64,000 nt of DNA. Origin: an uncultured bacterium (GTDB lineage Bacteria > Fidelibacterota > Marinisomatia > Marinisomatales > TCS56). A program made the translations under genes and the position numbers. The notes below the pieces were generated by a model, which was given only the letters and a program-made list of their open reading frames with translations, did not search any database and was not told the DNA's origin. Shown here piece by piece: positions 18,808 through 27,489 of this stretch. Every line of letters begins with the position of its first letter. The first letter of the stretch is position 1. The stretch lies in contig CAZIJQ010000006.1 of assembly GCA_964539785.1 (NCBI GenBank), positions 2,484-66,483 on the forward strand, read 5' to 3'.

Positions 18808-21219
18808 ATGAAGAAGTTTATAATTTGTTTGTTAATAATTATGTCAATGATTTTCGCCCAGTATATACCTTTCGGATCGGTAGCGGAACTTGATGATGCC
18901 GGTGCGGTAAATGTAAATCCCGCCGGACTTGGAATTAGCAGGAATTTTAACAGTCAATTTCTGGTACCGATTAATTATGCCAATCCGGATTCTCAAGACT
19001 TTAATTTTTCAGTGACAGCTCAGGCTGAGAACAGTGGCTTCGGGTATACCTATAATTCTGATGGTTATGATTTATTTCACATGGGCAGTGGTCAAGCCCT
19101 GGATTGGGGACTCTATTTTGGTTTTATGTCGCATATCAGCAAGCGTGGTTACGAGGCTATTGATATGGGATTGCTTTGGCGCGGATTCAAGTGGCTTTCC
19201 CTGGGAGCCAGTTGGAAAAACATCTATTCGAGGGATAAACTCGACCAACCCCTTAATCTGGGATTGGCTGTTCGTCCTTTTGGTAGCAGGTTGACAATCA
19301 GTTATGATCAAACTCTCATGGTTGATATCGATTCGGACGAAGTGTCAAGCACAGAAAGTATAATAGGACTAAATGCAGAAATATTTCCCGGGATTGGATT
19401 GATCACCGGTTACAATGCTGAATCGGAATCGATACAACTTGGTTTATCGGTTAATTATAGTTTTAGTGGCATCGAAAGCTACAGCACTATTGATCAATCT
19501 GACGGTTTGCAGGATGCAGGTTTGCTGGGTGTTTCAACTAATATAGATCGAAAAAGAACCTTAATTAAATCCAAGAAACCTAATTTTGTTACAATTCGTT
19601 TTTCACATGGTATCGAAGATTCGCCAGGTCCAAGGGCCTTTTTCGGTGATCGTATGGTCACGCTTCGCGGGGCTATTCGACAGATAGATTTATTGACCGA
19701 GGATAGGGATGTGGAAGGAGTTGTGATTTATCCGGAAGGATTTGGAATGGGGTTTGGAATGAGGACCGAATTACGGGATGCTTTTATTCGGCTACAGTCC
19801 AATGGGAAAAAAATCTATGTGTTCTCAGATTATTTAACTGATAGCCAATATTCGCTGATATCAATGGCGGATGGAATTTATCTGAATAATGGCGGAATAT
19901 TACTAATTGACGGGATTGGGATTGGACCGGCATTCTGGAAAGGTACATTTGAAAAGCTGGGATTGAAAGCACAGTATTACCGTCGTGGTAAATATAAAAG
20001 CGCCGCGGAAACTTATACCCGGGAAAATATGTCCGAATCGAGTCGTGAAGCCTTAAGTGCGATTCTGGCAGATGTAGATGAAATTTATCGTAATTCGTTT
20101 ATGGATCGTTCTGGTATGACCGACAGTCTACTGAATGAAATATTTGATCAAGCTCTTTTTACTGCGGAACAAGCTATTGCTTATGGTTTGATCGATGGCG
20201 CCTTTCATCCGGATCAGAAAGCGCAGATTATTGAGGATATCGTTGGAGAGGAAATCAATATTGTCAAAGTACGGAAATGGGCGCGGAAATGGGACTATGA
20301 TTGGAAAGCCGGAATTAAACCGGGAATCGCCCTGATATATGCCGAAGGACCAATCTTACCTGGTAAAAGCGTTCCTTCACCATTCGGTCGCAACAAGCAG
20401 ATCGGTTCAGTAACTACGTCCAATGCAATACGGCAGGCACGGGAGGATGAGACGATCCAGGCGATTGTTCTTCGCATCAACAGTCCTGGTGGTTCGGTGC
20501 TGGCATCTGAAGATATCTGGCGCGAGGTTTATCGAACTACAAACCCAGATTCGGCCGATGAAAAATATCGCAAGCCGGTTTATGTTTCCATGGGAAATGT
20601 CGCAGCTTCAGGTGGCTATTATATTGCCTGTGCCGCTGATACAATTGTGGCCGATGCGGCCTGCATTACCGGATCAATCGGGGTGCTGGCAGGTAAAATA
20701 TCATTGGGTGGACTATTTGAGAAAATTGGTTATAATGTCGACATGCTGGTGGCAGAACCCCACGCCGATATGTTCGGTGCCCATCGTGCTTTCTCCGAGC
20801 AGGAAGGGCAAAGTATGCAGGGTGTTGTCGATAGTTATTACGATCAATTCCTGAAACGGGTGGCCGATGGCCGTGGAATGACCCGTGATGAAGTGGATTC
20901 AGTGGCGCAGGGGAGAATCTGGTCCGGGGTTGAAGCCAAGAATATTGGATTAGTAGATGAATTAGGTGGTTTACGTGAAACAATATTACTGGCCAAAAAA
21001 CGGATTGGATTAGCTGAGACCGAAGAAGTAGGTCTTAAAATATTTTCCGGAGTTGAACGAAAAAGTCTCAATTTAAAGTTGGAATCCGCTTCCATATTGT
21101 TCGATGAAATTGAAAAATTAAATCCGGATGTAGATGTGAAACTGATACTTGATCGAATTGCTTTATTAAATGGCGAACCGGCCTTGTATCTTATGGAGGA
21201 GATGACTCCAATACAATAA
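18808..21219 (+). CDS. sppA: Signal peptide peptidase SppA (S49, tandem domains) with N-terminal beta-rich domain
   Basis: GKYKSAAE (catalytic Lys), RINSPGGS, AASGGY (catalytic Ser), TGSIGV, AQGRIWSG; about 260-aa N-terminal beta-strand region starting NPAGL. Confidence 0.92.
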   Translation: MKKFIICLLIIMSMIFAQYIPFGSVAELDDAGAVNVNPAGLGISRNFNSQFLVPINYANPDSQDFNFSVTAQAENSGFGYTYNSDGYDLFHMGSGQALDWGLYFGFMSHISKRGYEAIDMGLLWRGFKWLSLGASWKNIYSRDKLDQPLNLGLAVRPFGSRLTISYDQTLMVDIDSDEVSSTESIIGLNAEIFPGIGLITGYNAESESIQLGLSVNYSFSGIESYSTIDQSDGLQDAGLLGVSTNIDRKRTLIKSKKPNFVTIRFSHGIEDSPGPRAFFGDRMVTLRGAIRQIDLLTEDRDVEGVVIYPEGFGMGFGMRTELRDAFIRLQSNGKKIYVFSDYLTDSQYSLISMADGIYLNNGGILLIDGIGIGPAFWKGTFEKLGLKAQYYRRGKYKSAAETYTRENMSESSREALSAILADVDEIYRNSFMDRSGMTDSLLNEIFDQALFTAEQAIAYGLIDGAFHPDQKAQIIEDIVGEEINIVKVRKWARKWDYDWKAGIKPGIALIYAEGPILPGKSVPSPFGRNKQIGSVTTSNAIRQAREDETIQAIVLRINSPGGSVLASEDIWREVYRTTNPDSADEKYRKPVYVSMGNVAASGGYYIACAADTIVADAACITGSIGVLAGKISLGGLFEKIGYNVDMLVAEPHADMFGAHRAFSEQEGQSMQGVVDSYYDQFLKRVADGRGMTRDEVDSVAQGRIWSGVEAKNIGLVDELGGLRETILLAKKRIGLAETEEVGLKIFSGVERKSLNLKLESASILFDEIEKLNPDVDVKLILDRIALLNGEPALYLMEEMTPIQ

Positions 21220-21260
21220 AGTTGTTAATACCAAATTTTGGAAATTGAAGGGAGACTGGC

Positions 21261-21923
21261 ATGCCAAAAATCGGTGTAGTTCTTTCAGGCTGTGGAGTTT
21301 ATGATGGAACCGAAATTCATGAAGCGGTTATTACTTTATTGGCACTGGATCAGGCAGGGGTAGAGTCAGTGATTATGGCTCCGAATATTGGACAACTGCA
21401 CGTGGTCAACCATCTTAGCGGTGAAGAAATGCAGATGGAAAACCGCAACGTACTGGTTGAATCGGCACGTATTGCCAGGGGTAATATTCGTGATATTGCT
21501 TTGATGAACAGTACTGATCTGGATGCATTAATATTTCCGGGTGGATTTGGAGTAGCTAAAAATTTGAGTGATTTTGCAATGGTTGGTGCCGATTGCGAAA
21601 TTAATCCTGATATATTGCGACTAACATCAGAGATTATTGAAGCCAATAAACCAATTGGCGCTATTTGTATCGCCCCGGCTTTCCTTGCCAAAATATTGGA
21701 ATTGATGGGTAAATCAGCGAATTTGACAATTGGTGATGATGAATCAACGGCGAAGAATATTGTCCAAATGGGCAGCAAACATACGGTTTGTAATGCAGGT
21801 GACATACTTGTAGATGAAACAAATAAAATAGTATCTACACCAGCCTATATGGTCGGGCTGCGTATCAGTGAAGTTGCAATTGGAATTGAAAAATTGGTTG
21901 CAAAATTAATTTCTATGTTATAA
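21261..21923 (+). CDS. elbB: ElbB / ES1-family glyoxalase (DJ-1/PfpI superfamily)
   Basis: LSGCGVYDGTEIHE, ESARIARG, PGGFGVAKNL, ICIAP and STPAYM. Confidence 0.95.
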   Translation: MPKIGVVLSGCGVYDGTEIHEAVITLLALDQAGVESVIMAPNIGQLHVVNHLSGEEMQMENRNVLVESARIARGNIRDIALMNSTDLDALIFPGGFGVAKNLSDFAMVGADCEINPDILRLTSEIIEANKPIGAICIAPAFLAKILELMGKSANLTIGDDESTAKNIVQMGSKHTVCNAGDILVDETNKIVSTPAYMVGLRISEVAIGIEKLVAKLISML

Positions 21924-21949
21924 ATGAAAGGACGGCGATTGGGGTCTTG

Positions 21950-22963
21950 CTATTTCACCAAGTCAACGTCTACTGATCCGAGTCCAATGGAGATATCCAG
22001 TTCAATATTTGGATAGCGCTCGTTAAAATCCGTTGTACTCCATTCTTTATGTCCGGTTTTTACCATTTCATCCACATCAATTGAAGATAAAAAGCTATCT
22101 TCAACTCGGAGGGTAATATTAGCCTTTTCAGGCAACACCAGATCCAGTGATCCCAGTCCCACTTCAATATCACCAACAAGATCGTATTTCTGTTTACTGA
22201 AATCGATATAAGCTGATCCAAGTCCAATATCAAGATTAATATATTTTGCCCGCAAATTCCCCAGTCCATAAGCGTTCAAATCACCAAGACCACTTTCAAT
22301 ATAAACTTCTTTGCATTTTGTTTTGTTAGGCTTATCAATCTTCAGCTTGGTATCGCTCAAACCGCAATCCATTTCTAGATTTGAAATAGTTAAGTCGGTC
22401 AAATCTATATCAGTTTCGCCCACCCCGAAATCCAATTCCAGATTGATCAGAATTTCCGGCGGAAGTTTGAAATCAAATTCTTGAGAATATTCATTATTTA
22501 GATCAGAAAAATTAAATTTAAATCTGATACCATCTTCCTCCTCCTCGCTTTCACTTGAGCGACTGCTGCTGCGGCTATGGATGTGACTAATATCATCCTC
22601 ATCTCGGGTATGCTCATCCTTGAGTCTTGCTGTAAAAACACCCTTGGAACCGTAGTCTTCATAATTGACAACCGGTGTAAAATCGTCTGAATTATATTTG
22701 ATTGTGCCGGTAATCATATTTTTTTTGCCAGCTTCGATGTCAAGTGATCCCAGGGAATAATCGAATTTGACCTCCAGGTAGTCCACATCGGAAACATTAT
22801 AGGAATAATTCTCGGTGCTATAGTCACCTCTATCGGTTTTACCGGATGAGTGCTCATCATGGTTTTTAAAAACTTTAATAATCGGTAGGTTGGGTCGAAT
22901 TGTCAGAATTTGGCTAAACCCAAAACTGAATAATAACAAGCATAGCAGAAGCAATTTTCTCAT
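21950..22963 (-). CDS. Secreted beta-solenoid (DUF2154/LiaF 'toast-rack'-like) protein
   Basis: Signal peptide MRKLLLL..., repeated xGLGx strands; start moved to ATG 22963. Confidence 0.7.
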   Translation of the reverse strand: MRKLLLLCLLLFSFGFSQILTIRPNLPIIKVFKNHDEHSSGKTDRGDYSTENYSYNVSDVDYLEVKFDYSLGSLDIEAGKKNMITGTIKYNSDDFTPVVNYEDYGSKGVFTARLKDEHTRDEDDISHIHSRSSSRSSESEEEEDGIRFKFNFSDLNNEYSQEFDFKLPPEILINLELDFGVGETDIDLTDLTISNLEMDCGLSDTKLKIDKPNKTKCKEVYIESGLGDLNAYGLGNLRAKYINLDIGLGSAYIDFSKQKYDLVGDIEVGLGSLDLVLPEKANITLRVEDSFLSSIDVDEMVKTGHKEWSTTDFNERYPNIELDISIGLGSVDVDLVK

Positions 22964-22970
22964 TTTGTTC

Positions 22971-24461
22971 TCAGAAGTTAAAATTAATCCTGATTGTGGA
23001 TTCCCAGTAATCAAGGCCACCTAAAGGTCTGGCAATATTTATCCGCCAGTTTACATCATCAGAATCCGTGGAGCCAAGACCAATTCCGACTGAAGATTTG
23101 CCATTTTCAATAATGGAGTCAATATCAGTCAGGTCATATTCATCGCGCATCCAGGCATTTCCGGCATCGGCAAAGATAATAATGGTCCAGTCACTGTCTA
23201 TAAAATCAGGAGCAAAAACAAATTCACCATTGATTTGTGCAAATTGGTCACCAGTCTGGAGCTTGTACGGATAGGCCGCAATTGAACCCAGCCCACCGAC
23301 TCCAAAATAACGAAACTCTGGTAGGGTTCCGGTACTTGTCCCGGCCAACACGCGGGTACGAATTACTACTCCCCGGGTAATTTCCAATCCACAGATCGCC
23401 ATTCCCATGAAACGTTGGAATTTGTCGTAAGCTTCAGCAGATATAATTTGTTCACCGGTAGCATACAACGCAATCCCGGAATTGTACGGATCAAAATTAC
23501 GCGGTTTAAATGCAAAGGTTACTCGCGCACTCTCAAAATCTCCAGCCAGAATTGGAAGGTTGGGTCGTAATAGCCGGCTATCATGGAAAACAGTCCACAA
23601 ACCATTATCTACTGGAATTGAATCTTGGGTTGCGGAAACATAAGTAGCTTTGATCCTGATCCAGTTCAGATCTAATCCCAGCCCACCTTCGAACCCGGTT
23701 TCATCCCAGCGATCGTAAAAGTCCTGCCGCCCTAAAATTCCTGCCAGCGAATTTTCCAGCTCCGGCAATCGATAGAAATCATCAGTTTGACTTTGCCTGA
23801 ATCCGCTGCCAAAAAGAATTACCCGACGGTTGATCAAGTACGTTTCAAGTGTGATCCGACCAGTTATGGTTTCCTGACTGAAACGCCATCCTGCAGAAAG
23901 GTTCAAACGCAGGTTGGAGAGTGAGCGCCGATCCCATTTGAAATTAAACGGTGTTATTACTAAGCCTTCGTTTCGGTTATAAATAAACCAGCTGGTTTTC
24001 GGATGTATCCAACTTCTTCGCGAATACCAGGAACGTTCTTTCAGCTCAAAATCAGTCTTACCTTCCAGTCCGTTCGATTCATAATTCGTTTCTTTGTAGG
24101 AGAGCCCTTTTGAAATATTGGTTTCAATAATTTTACCGTTAATTTCTGCGCCATCTTCTTTGTGCACCGTTCCACCAATGGCTACGATTCGACCATTAAT
24201 AATTGAACCTGCTTTGATATAAATATCTCCGCCAATAACGGTAAACTGACCTTCTATACGACCATAAACTGTCAGATCTCCACCAACGATGCGGACCTTA
24301 TCATAATTGATATCATTTTTATCAATAATATAGTCACCGAAGAATTTTGTTTCTTCAACCTGAGCAGGTCTTTTTTCTTGATCTATCTCAGTATTAGAAT
24401 TCTGGGCTATTAATGGCAAAACGCCCAATAGTAGTGTGAAAATAATTATTTTACGGGCCAT
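22971..24461 (-). CDS. Outer-membrane protein: bactofilin-like beta-helix N-terminus plus BamA/TamA-like barrel
   Basis: GGDLTVYG and IGGTV repeats, YNRNEG, GVGGLGSIAAYPYK, IFADAGNAW, C-terminal FNF. Confidence 0.75.
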   Translation of the reverse strand: MARKIIIFTLLLGVLPLIAQNSNTEIDQEKRPAQVEETKFFGDYIIDKNDINYDKVRIVGGDLTVYGRIEGQFTVIGGDIYIKAGSIINGRIVAIGGTVHKEDGAEINGKIIETNISKGLSYKETNYESNGLEGKTDFELKERSWYSRRSWIHPKTSWFIYNRNEGLVITPFNFKWDRRSLSNLRLNLSAGWRFSQETITGRITLETYLINRRVILFGSGFRQSQTDDFYRLPELENSLAGILGRQDFYDRWDETGFEGGLGLDLNWIRIKATYVSATQDSIPVDNGLWTVFHDSRLLRPNLPILAGDFESARVTFAFKPRNFDPYNSGIALYATGEQIISAEAYDKFQRFMGMAICGLEITRGVVIRTRVLAGTSTGTLPEFRYFGVGGLGSIAAYPYKLQTGDQFAQINGEFVFAPDFIDSDWTIIIFADAGNAWMRDEYDLTDIDSIIENGKSSVGIGLGSTDSDDVNWRINIARPLGGLDYWESTIRINFNF

Positions 24462-25711
24462 TATTCAGTCCCTTTTTCAATTGTAATTGTTCCATGGCTG
24501 GTGCGCAGCTTGATATTGTAAGTACCTTCCCCGATCACGCTTTTGCCCTTGACTTCATCAAATCGTTTTTCAATTTCGATTGGAAAATCACAGTCAATTA
24601 CGTTCGACGAGATTTCGTTTTCTACAACTGCATTGATCTGTGATGGAAAATCATCAGGTATATTGATATAAATTGAACCATATTGATTAATAACATCAAT
24701 GTCATGATTGTCGAATTTTTTATTCCAAATTTTAACTATTTCAATATTTCCTGCGCTGGTCTTTGCCCGAATGGAACCGTGCAATTGGTCCACATCCACA
24801 TCACCGCCATCTGTAATAAGATTGGCATTACCTAATATGTCGTCTACTTCAATATCGCCACCGGAAGTCTCGGCTTTAATTGAGCCAGCTAAATCCTGAA
24901 CCTCAATATCACCACCGCTGGTCTGGACGTCCATATCGGCTTGGATTCGGTTAGCGTCGATGCTGCCACCCGAAGTGGATCCTACCAACTTAGTGCCAAC
25001 GATGTCCTCAAAAGTGAGATCACCACCACTGGTTTGCACGAATACATTCCCTTGTACCGATTCGACTTCGATGTCCCCACCGGAAGTATTGGCTCCCACC
25101 TCACCGGCAATTTGCTGGACAATAATATCACCACCGGATGTTTTCAGGGCCAGGATACCTTCCGAATGATCGATTTCGATATCACCACCAGATGTCCGGG
25201 CATAGGTTTTTCCAGTTAAATGCATGCCTTCAATATCGCCGCCCATAGTAGTCATACTAATTTCCCCGGTAATCCGGTTGACATAGATATCGCCGCCCGC
25301 AGTTTTAACGCCAATATTGGTGCTGATAGGAACGATAATTGAATATTCAAAAGCGCTGCGTGCCTGCCATTCACCGGCACCGGTTAACTTAACAATGCGG
25401 ACGTCTTCCAATTGGATGACTCTTGCGCGATAATCATCAAATATTGATTTCGCTTTCATGCCTGAAGATGCCCAGATCGATACTTCTTCGGTTATCTGGA
25501 TAATATTACCGGGTTCTCCACTAAATGATATATCACCTTTTATTTCCTCTATATTCAACGTCCAGGAATCGGAATTACTGTCGTCAACTTCAAATTCATA
25601 GGTGGTGGTTCCGATATAATGATTTCTTTTATCTAGATTAAAATGTTGCAGAATTTCCTGTCCTATAACAAGCTGGGATAGAATCAAAACCGGCAGCAAT
25701 TTATTCATCAT
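24461..25711 (-). CDS. DUF4097-family beta-strand repeat protein
   Basis: More than 8 copies of TSGGDI-type repeats. Confidence 0.88.
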   Translation of the reverse strand: MMNKLLPVLILSQLVIGQEILQHFNLDKRNHYIGTTTYEFEVDDSNSDSWTLNIEEIKGDISFSGEPGNIIQITEEVSIWASSGMKAKSIFDDYRARVIQLEDVRIVKLTGAGEWQARSAFEYSIIVPISTNIGVKTAGGDIYVNRITGEISMTTMGGDIEGMHLTGKTYARTSGGDIEIDHSEGILALKTSGGDIIVQQIAGEVGANTSGGDIEVESVQGNVFVQTSGGDLTFEDIVGTKLVGSTSGGSIDANRIQADMDVQTSGGDIEVQDLAGSIKAETSGGDIEVDDILGNANLITDGGDVDVDQLHGSIRAKTSAGNIEIVKIWNKKFDNHDIDVINQYGSIYINIPDDFPSQINAVVENEISSNVIDCDFPIEIEKRFDEVKGKSVIGEGTYNIKLRTSHGTITIEKGTE

Positions 25712-26700
25712 TGGTCCTCAATTCGTTCGACTGCTATTTGACCTTTGAAAGTATCTGTGATGTGGCGAGCCTGATCGCGGATAAATTCGTTTTTATCCAT
25801 ACGAGTGACTATCTGCAATGCAGGTACGATATCTTCGGTAGGATTGTTGGATAAAATTCCCAGAGCTGCCATGCGGACTGCTTCATTTTCGTCTTCGAAG
25901 AGTACTTTTATGCAAGCTTCGCGCAGGGTTTTATCCGGTTTGTATGAGTTTAATGATTTAGCTGCACGCAACCTGACGCCGGGATTAGGATCAGTCAGTA
26001 AAGAAGAGATCAGTACAATTCGACCCTCTTCAATCGGTTGTGATTCCGAAATCAGATTAACCGCTTTCAATCGCTTACCGGGATTACTGTCGTTTTTAAG
26101 CAAGTAATAAAGAATCTGGCGAACTGATTCATCATTCAGGTCACCTTCCACGCTATAATCATTCCGGGCTTGGAGATTAAAGCCTACTGATTGCGCAGTG
26201 TTCTGATAAATATCAATGTCCTTACTGGATAGCGTCCCGCTTTCAAGCAATTGCATCACATTTAGTTTCTCTGTGGCAACATTCGAAATCGGTACCGTGT
26301 TTACGGTTGGAAAAGCCAAGCGTCCAATTAGAAAGGCAAACATAACATAAGTGACTACCGCCCAAACCGGTTGGCGGGGGATGAATAATCGTTCCGTCAC
26401 ATTGTACCAGATATCCGATAGCCAGGTTACTAACGATGATTTGGCTGCCGATTCAGCTTCAAGTTGGTCGATTTTTCCCCGCAGCAGATTCCGTTGTCCC
26501 GCTAAAATGTGTTCGGGAATCTTGATTTCACAAGCGGTACTGGTCATTGTTAAAATTGCGGAAATCTCTTCTACTTCAGTTTGTAAATCAGGGTTGGATT
26601 CCAATAATTGTTCGAACTGCTTACGCTCGGGATCGGATAAGGCATCCAAGGCATATAATGCTGCCTGGTCCCGCTGTTCTTTATTTAAAGTATCAGGCAT
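25708..26700 (-). CDS. Anti-sigma factor with C-terminal HEAT repeats
   Basis: N-terminal LYALDALSDPERKQFEQLL, one TM, D.NPG.RL.A HEAT repeats; overlaps the ECF sigma gene. Confidence 0.82.
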   Translation of the reverse strand: MPDTLNKEQRDQAALYALDALSDPERKQFEQLLESNPDLQTEVEEISAILTMTSTACEIKIPEHILAGQRNLLRGKIDQLEAESAAKSSLVTWLSDIWYNVTERLFIPRQPVWAVVTYVMFAFLIGRLAFPTVNTVPISNVATEKLNVMQLLESGTLSSKDIDIYQNTAQSVGFNLQARNDYSVEGDLNDESVRQILYYLLKNDSNPGKRLKAVNLISESQPIEEGRIVLISSLLTDPNPGVRLRAAKSLNSYKPDKTLREACIKVLFEDENEAVRMAALGILSNNPTEDIVPALQIVTRMDKNEFIRDQARHITDTFKGQIAVERIEDQ

Positions 26701-27250
26701 AGCGATACTCCTTTAATTCAACTCGCAATTTTTCCATGGCACGGAAAAGATAACGTTTTACCGTTCCTTCGGAAATATCAATAATTTTTGCAATATCTTT
26801 AATTTTCAAATTTTCCAGATGTTTGAGTATAAATACTGTACGCTGTTTTTGCGGTAATATGGTCATTGCTGATTTAACAGCATTCATAATTTCTTTACTT
26901 GATCTATTATTATCGCTAGAATCAACGATCCAGTTCAGATAACCGGAACTATCTTCATTTCCAGGTTCGTATAATTTTAATCGGGCTTGTTTGCGCTTAA
27001 AATTGTAGGATGTATTTACGGTAATACGATATAACCAGGTGTAAAACTGACTCTCGAAACGAAAATTATGGATGTTTTTGTAGGCTTTGATAAAGACTTC
27101 CTGGTAAAGGTCTTCGGCATCCTGCTCGTTGTGCGTTAGTTGGTAGGCTAGTATCATTACTCGTTCATCATGTAGTTTTACCAATTCATGGAAAGCCCCG
27201 GTGTCACCGGATTGGGCTTTTTTTATCAATTGTCTGATTTCTTCTTTCAA
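26693..27250 (-). CDS. ECF RNA polymerase sigma factor
   Basis: DAEDLYQEVF, FYTWLYRITVN, region 4 EGTVKRYLFRA; start set at TTG 27250, downstream of the predicted promoter. Confidence 0.92.
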   Translation of the reverse strand: MKEEIRQLIKKAQSGDTGAFHELVKLHDERVMILAYQLTHNEQDAEDLYQEVFIKAYKNIHNFRFESQFYTWLYRITVNTSYNFKRKQARLKLYEPGNEDSSGYLNWIVDSSDNNRSSKEIMNAVKSAMTILPQKQRTVFILKHLENLKIKDIAKIIDISEGTVKRYLFRAMEKLRVELKEYRYA

Positions 27251-27273
27251 TTTCAGATTTTGATCACATTTGG

Positions 27274-27302
27274 TTCGACACAATGAATAAGTTTTGGTTG
27301 TC
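27274..27302 (-). promoter_or_regulatory. Putative autoregulatory ECF promoter
   Basis: GACAAC-N16-TGTCGAA on the minus strand. Confidence 0.55.
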
Positions 27303-27371
27303 ACGAACTTATTCGGCACACAAAGAAAAAGCAAGGTGGAATGACAATCGAATCCTTGATTCGCTGCTCCA

Positions 27372-27443
27372 TTAAGCCGACCGCCTGCGGTCGGCTTAAC
27401 AGGATAATTTAACGGCTTCTTGAGAAAAATAGAAGCCGTTAAA
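27372..27443. terminator. Two tandem hairpins downstream of the PEPCK gene
   Basis: TTAAGCCGACCGC/GCGGTCGGCTTAA and TTTAACGGCTTCT/AGAAGCCGTTAAA. Confidence 0.65.
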
Positions 27444-27489
27444 TCTTATATCATTTGGGAAATATATTAGTCAGATCAATCAACAATAT

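Noticed and set aside
24700-25300. Periodic repeats as a CRISPR-like or non-coding array
   Set aside because: They are degenerate coding repeats (TSGGDI) of the DUF4097 protein.
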